In this document: positions 18,189 to 21,778 of the stretch, piece by piece
How positions within the stretch are numbered: position 1 is the stretch's first letter
Layout: every line of letters starts with the position of its first letter
Virus genome (UHGV): UHGV-0133264
Direction: 5' to 3' (one strand)
DNA: 21,778 nt
Source: a virus
The notes under the pieces: model-generated
The model's database searches: none
What the model saw: the letters and a program-made list of their open reading frames with translations, nothing else
What the model was told of the DNA's origin: nothing
Program-made: the position numbers and the translations under genes

Positions 18189-18253
18189 AATTGTACGTGT
18201 GATTCTGTTACGTGCAACTTTTTTTGATATGTGCGTTATTTATTGCACGTTAT
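18189..18253 (-). promoter_or_regulatory. par operon promoter with ParA operator-like inverted repeat
   Basis: On the minus strand: TTGCAC, ~16-nt spacer, TACAAT, about 25 nt upstream of the parA Shine-Dalgarno. Inverted repeat ACGTGCAA ... TTGCACGT overlaps the -35. Confidence 0.5.
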
Positions 18254-18274
18254 GCGGTAGCGAAGAGTCTATTC

Positions 18275-18558
18275 GATGTGTGCTGGAGGGATGATGAAGA
18301 CCCAGAATGTGCGATAGAGGGAAGTCGCATTGAATTATGTGTTGTGGAGGGATCGCAGGTATCAAATATGTGCGCTGAAGGGAAAGGCAGAGGATTAGAT
18401 GTGCGCTGGAGGGAAAACCGGATGGTTAGATGTGTGCTGGAGGGAAAGTCTGGACAAACTGTGGGGCGCCGCCCTCCAGCGCACACCAAAAACAGGAAAA
18501 TGGGTAGGTATTCCCGGCAGCGCACATTTTTCAAATGCAGCTGCCCTCCAGCACACAC
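18275..18558. repeat. incA: incA copy-control iteron array: nine ~19-bp RepA-binding repeats, six in one orientation and three inverted
   Basis: Repeats of the form GATGTGTGCTGGAGGGAAA at about 18275, 18306, 18336, 18366, 18398 and 18428, then inverted copies (CCCTCCAGCGCACAC-type) at about 18472, 18511 and 18543. Directly 3' of the repA stop. Confidence 0.9.
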
Positions 18559-19419
18559 TTATTCGGGAAGTTTCAGCTTTGGATTGCGAGAATGGACGAT
18601 TACAAAACTTTCCCGGCCTTTCTTCTCAATTGAACAGTCGAGATAGCCGATTGTTTTAAGCTGTTCTATCGCTTTCTTAATGATACGGTTTTGTTCGCCA
18701 ACGGCTGACTGCAAAGCCAGGCGCTCGCGGATTCGCGCGAACGATAGCGGCAACGGGTTCTGCGGAAGGCTTTCAATGAAGGTGTAAATAGCTTGCGCAG
18801 CTTCTTTCTTCGGAAGGGCACGCAAGGCGTGGTGCTGCAACAGGACGCGATAATCAAGCTGGAACAGCTCCCACAGCTTCGAGTCGGCTTCCAGCTCGAT
18901 CAGATCGAGGTCAGCATCGAAACGTCCGACCTTCAACAGACCAGTCTGGTAGCCACCTTTAGCATCTTTACCGCGCTTAAAAGCGATACCCTTGTTACGC
19001 AAGCGGCCAAGTGATTCATGAATGGTTAAACGCAGTTTCGCATCCAGACGTTTTGAGGGGAAACCACAGGCTTTAGCGAATTCCTGAAACGATAACTGGA
19101 TGGTGTTTGAGGACAAGCCGTATTTGCTGAACGCGTAGATAACACCGATCCACGTTTTGAAATCAGTATCCATATCGAGTCGAGGACCGGTGATTTTAAT
19201 GTCATCGTAACCTTCGGCTTTAGCTATCTCCAACTGAGAAAACGCTTTGGTGGCATCAATCTCTTTACTTTCTCCTTTGCTCTTTGATGGCTTCGGCACG
19301 AATACCCCCAAACGCATCAACGCTACAGGCTGCACAGTGTTGTTTGAATTAACTGTTAGTTCTTTTGCCTTACTCTCAATGTCTGCGTAAAGAATATCGG
19401 AGATAAAAGATTGATTCAT
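18559..19419 (-). CDS. repA: RepA plasmid replication initiator (iteron-binding)
   Basis: Listed ORF 18559-19512; the upstream 31 codons run into the incC iterons, so the real start is Met 32 at 19419 (MNQSFISDILYADIESKAKELTVNSNN..., 286 aa). Flanked by iterons on both sides. Sequence matches my recollection of P1 RepA. Confidence 0.9.
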   Translation of the reverse strand: MNQSFISDILYADIESKAKELTVNSNNTVQPVALMRLGVFVPKPSKSKGESKEIDATKAFSQLEIAKAEGYDDIKITGPRLDMDTDFKTWIGVIYAFSKYGLSSNTIQLSFQEFAKACGFPSKRLDAKLRLTIHESLGRLRNKGIAFKRGKDAKGGYQTGLLKVGRFDADLDLIELEADSKLWELFQLDYRVLLQHHALRALPKKEAAQAIYTFIESLPQNPLPLSFARIRERLALQSAVGEQNRIIKKAIEQLKTIGYLDCSIEKKGRESFVIVHSRNPKLKLPE

Positions 19420-19476
19420 ATTAGCTTTTCCAGAATTATGTGGATAGTTTTTATAAGTGATGATAACTACCCATGC

Positions 19477-19580
19477 TTTCCCGTCAGCACACATCCTATA
19501 TCCCGCCAGCACACATTAGCAACCCGTCAGCACACATTTTTTTCCCTCCAGCGCACATCGTTTTCCCTCCAGCACACATC
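19477..19580. repeat. incC: incC iterons (five 19-bp RepA-binding repeats at ~21-bp spacing) forming part of oriR and carrying the repA promoter
   Basis: TTTCCCGTCAGCACACATC, ATCCCGCCAGCACACATT, CAACCCGTCAGCACACATT, TTTCCCTCCAGCGCACATC, TTTCCCTCCAGCACACATC, all in the same orientation. Confidence 0.9.
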
Positions 19581-19619
19581 GCGAAAGGCTTCTAAGCCAG
19601 ACGTGGCGCGGCCTGCAAC

Positions 19620-19697
19620 GATCAGGGATCTATATGGATCTAATTAGGATCTGTATGGGTCTAATTATTGGATCTATCCAGTGGATAATGTGGATAA
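19620..19697. other. oriR: oriR core: five GATC (Dam) sites in short repeats plus two tandem DnaA boxes
   Basis: GATC at about 19620, 19627, 19637, 19648 and 19671 within GGATCT repeats. AGTGGATAA and TGTGGATAA (perfect DnaA box TTATCCACA on the other strand) at about 19680-19697. Confidence 0.85.
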
Positions 19698-19738
19698 GTG
19701 AAAAACCGGCCAACGTAGCCGGTTGGAAGGGAGTCGTA

Positions 19739-20131
19739 TTATTCTACGCTTTCAATGAGAAGGCCATGTTCATAGCATTTAAGCTCATCGCCCTCGTACA
19801 AGAACTGGTATCCAATACCACCATATTCAGGCACATTAGGGAATAACTCATCACTCACTGAAGAACAAATCACACCAATGCAGCGATCAACACCTTCTCG
19901 TTCTTCAGTGCTGAAGAAATCCTCTTCAGTAAGCACTTGAGTACATTGCTCATCAGCATAAGTTGGAAATACATGCTCAATACAATCTGGATGTTTTAAA
20001 CCAAGCTGATCGGCAAGTTCGAAAGCATGACGGAATTGTTCAGATCCTGGCTTGCCAACAGTGATTTGCTCAATTTTGTAGATTGAAGTCGCTTTGTTGA
20101 TAGTTTGCTTTACTGTTACTTTATCAGACAT
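19739..20131 (-). CDS. Hypothetical acidic protein (P1 upfA position)
   Basis: 130-aa ORF directly beyond oriR. No recognisable motif. Confidence 0.55.
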   Translation of the reverse strand: MSDKVTVKQTINKATSIYKIEQITVGKPGSEQFRHAFELADQLGLKHPDCIEHVFPTYADEQCTQVLTEEDFFSTEEREGVDRCIGVICSSVSDELFPNVPEYGGIGYQFLYEGDELKCYEHGLLIESVE

Positions 20132-20142
20132 AAAAATCCCTT

Positions 20143-20475
20143 TTAGTTACCGCTGATAGCGCGGTTGTAATCATTAACGTTGCGATTCTTCCTGTTAATC
20201 CCCATCAGCATCGTTTCTGTATCGAGGATATACGCTGGCAGATCATCAAAATATTCACTGCTAAACTCCGGCATCCTGCACATAAATGCACTTTTGGGGA
20301 CAGGGTGGTTAACCTTTGTCGGCGTCGGCGTTAAATTCGCTGATCGACTCCCGGAGCAACCGCTGAGTGTCAGCAGGAATGCGCTGGCGAACATTACCCG
20401 CCGCAACCAGTTGTTTCTGAACTTCTGCTTTTCGTTCCATTTGCCTGTCAGCATACTTGGCTTGTTCTGATTCAT
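20143..20475 (-). CDS. Membrane lipoprotein precursor (P1 mlp position)
   Basis: Lipobox LLTLSG-C preceded by a basic n-region (KQKFRNNWLRRVMFASAF). The likely start is an internal Met (about 20454 or 20394). Confidence 0.6.
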   Translation of the reverse strand: MNQNKPSMLTGKWNEKQKFRNNWLRRVMFASAFLLTLSGCSGSRSANLTPTPTKVNHPVPKSAFMCRMPEFSSEYFDDLPAYILDTETMLMGINRKNRNVNDYNRAISGN

Positions 20476-20731
20476 TTTTCACTTCCTGGCTGTGAAAATG
20501 TTGATCTGCTTTGTTCATCGTCTCAATGGTCTGGTTAAGATCCATTATTGACTTATCACGCTCCTTAACAGCCTGATCAAGACTGCCAATTTTCTCCAAG
20601 GCTTGCTTTAGCTGATAACGTTCCCATGCAAACCCAGCACCAACAAGTGCGCAAATCAGAACAAGAACACCAGTAGCAGCAAGTTTCTCCTTCAAAGACA
20701 AAGCTGTTTTTAACGTAGAAAAGAATGACAT
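20309..20731 (-). CDS. Membrane-anchored coiled-coil protein, periplasmic candidate (P1 ppfA position)
   Basis: 140 aa. N-terminal hydrophobic anchor (LAATGVLVLICALVGAGFAW) followed by a charged helical region. AGGAGG Shine-Dalgarno. Its 3' end overlaps the lipoprotein gene out of frame. Confidence 0.55.
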   Translation of the reverse strand: MSFFSTLKTALSLKEKLAATGVLVLICALVGAGFAWERYQLKQALEKIGSLDQAVKERDKSIMDLNQTIETMNKADQHFHSQEVKNESEQAKYADRQMERKAEVQKQLVAAGNVRQRIPADTQRLLRESISEFNADADKG

Positions 20732-20770
20732 GTCTTCCTCCTGAAGAAAAATTATCTGTGAAGTCCTTTG

Positions 20771-21616
20771 TTACTGTGCAGCCTTATTTAATTCATCAAG
20801 AACAGAATCAGGAACCAAAGCTGCGACTGCGCTGGCTGTGCTGGCCTTATTTGCTGATGCTTCTGCCAGCGCGGTACCGATAGCATGGTTATAAGCAGTT
20901 ATGGCTACGCTGGCGCTTTCCTTCGCTCGTTCATACTGCTGTTGCAATGCTGCTACCGGTACTGTTGTCTGGTCGAAAAAAGCACCAAATTGTTCAGTTG
21001 CTTCCTTCAGTGCTTCAACTTGTTGTTCTGTCAGTGATGGTGGGGGAGTGACTGCGCCACCACCGGAATCAGAGCCTGACGAGCTGCCTGAGCCTGCGTT
21101 AAGGGTCTGGTTAATGTCCCCCATAGCAGCGATTAAACTCGACGTATTAAGCGTATTTACAGCGTCCTCAAGCGATTTCGTTGTAGTCGCGTCGCCAATG
21201 GCAATAGAGATCGGCAGTTCTGAAACTTCTCGCTCATTAGCACGACAGTAAACATCCCAACCAATATCGAGTTGAAGGAGCATTGACAGATCAGCATAAC
21301 CAGCCAACAGGTCAGCGTGCTGAGTTGCCAGCCCTCCAATATTCGTTAAACCGGTTGCGGTTGTTCTGATCGTTGAAACATAGCTGGTAATAGTGTCGGG
21401 ATAGACAATTGTATCCAGAATTAATCCGGTCAATTCTTCTGCAAGCAGTTTTGCCGTGTTAGCACTGTTTCGTGCCGATGTTATGGCACCAGGTGTTTTC
21501 ATCCCACCGGCGGCGGCCAATTTCTTATATGCGGATAACTGGTAGTCTTTTTCCAGCATGATATCTCCTAACTTACCTGAACCAGACCGTCTCCGGCTGC
21601 AACGGTAGAGCCGCAT
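20771..21616 (-). CDS. Hypothetical protein with central Gly/Ser-rich linker (P1 upfB position)
   Basis: Listed 281-aa ORF. The likely start is Met 20 at 21559 (MLEKDYQL...), preceded by AGGAGATATC. Contains GSGSSSGSDSGGGAVTPPP. Confidence 0.55.
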   Translation of the reverse strand: MRLYRCSRRRSGSGKLGDIMLEKDYQLSAYKKLAAAGGMKTPGAITSARNSANTAKLLAEELTGLILDTIVYPDTITSYVSTIRTTATGLTNIGGLATQHADLLAGYADLSMLLQLDIGWDVYCRANEREVSELPISIAIGDATTTKSLEDAVNTLNTSSLIAAMGDINQTLNAGSGSSSGSDSGGGAVTPPPSLTEQQVEALKEATEQFGAFFDQTTVPVAALQQQYERAKESASVAITAYNHAIGTALAEASANKASTASAVAALVPDSVLDELNKAAQ

Positions 21617-21778
21617 GAAACAGGATCACCAACGCATACGATCCCTTTCCCGTTGACGGTAAACCATGCCCTGGTTGATATAGCTTGCCCGCCGTGCGTG
21701 CTGTTCCCATCGGTATGTTGTGCATATTGCTTACCATCAACTAACACTTCGACTCCGTTGACTTTAAGTAGTGGAGAT
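21568..21778 (-). CDS. Partial gene (5' end outside window) with PAAR-like C-terminus, possible tail-spike tip protein
   Basis: Minus-strand reading gives ...VDGKQYAQHTDGNSTHGGQAISTRAWFTVNGKGIVCVGDPVSCGSTVAAGDGLVQVS-stop. The pattern resembles a PAAR repeat. The stop is followed within 10 nt by the next gene's Shine-Dalgarno. Not in the ORF track because it has no start in the window. Confidence 0.4.
   Translation of the reverse strand, partial: SPLLKVNGVEVLVDGKQYAQHTDGNSTHGGQAISTRAWFTVNGKGIVCVGDPVSCGSTVAAGDGLVQVS

Noticed and set aside
16049-18189. ORFs nested in parB/parA (for example 16049-16441, 16443-16763, 17311-17598, 17749-18189)
   Set aside because: Antisense or out-of-frame relative to ParA/ParB, which carry unmistakable Walker and ParB-box motifs.
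18212-19647. Possibility that the ~19-bp repeats flanking repA are a CRISPR array
   Set aside because: The repeats are separated by only 2-14 bp rather than 25-40 bp spacers, occur in both orientations, and flank a Rep gene on both sides. They are iterons (incA/incC). The listed ORFs 18212-18646, 18250-18558, 18399-18659 and 19411-19647 are artefacts of these repeats.

Overview
This window reads as a contiguous segment of a P1-family phage-plasmid, a temperate myovirus kept as a low-copy plasmid. Gene calls below rest on sequence features I can see plus P1 gene order as I remember it; no database search was possible, and my hand-counted coordinates for non-CDS features may be off by 1-2 nt. 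Left to right: an Illumina adapter remnant (1-15), the N-terminal two-thirds of a Gly/Lys-rich tape-measure/injection protein (Sit-like, minus strand), three small tail-morphogenesis genes, an AT-rich island of three signal-peptide proteins (Sim-like), the immI-type region (C1 operator, promoter, c4 antisense RNA, icd, ant1/ant2), the lytic replicon (second C1 operator, kilA, repL), a minus-strand late operon (major head protein, tail sheath, acidic protein, two tube/baseplate-like proteins), then parS-parB-parA-incA-repA-incC/oriR, and finally small membrane/lipoprotein genes and a partial PAAR-like gene. I found no CRISPR array, tRNA, rRNA, IS element or recognisable defence system. The most notable observations are a 1-nt frameshift splitting kilA, a partition module that looks diverged from P1 beside a P1-type RepA/iteron replicon, a perfect 11-bp palindrome occluding the Shine-Dalgarno of a tail gene, an acidic/basic bipartite protein in the late operon, and an unlisted 43-aa secreted peptide gene. 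I did not identify a clearly undescribed system; the candidates are listed as findings with modest interest scores.
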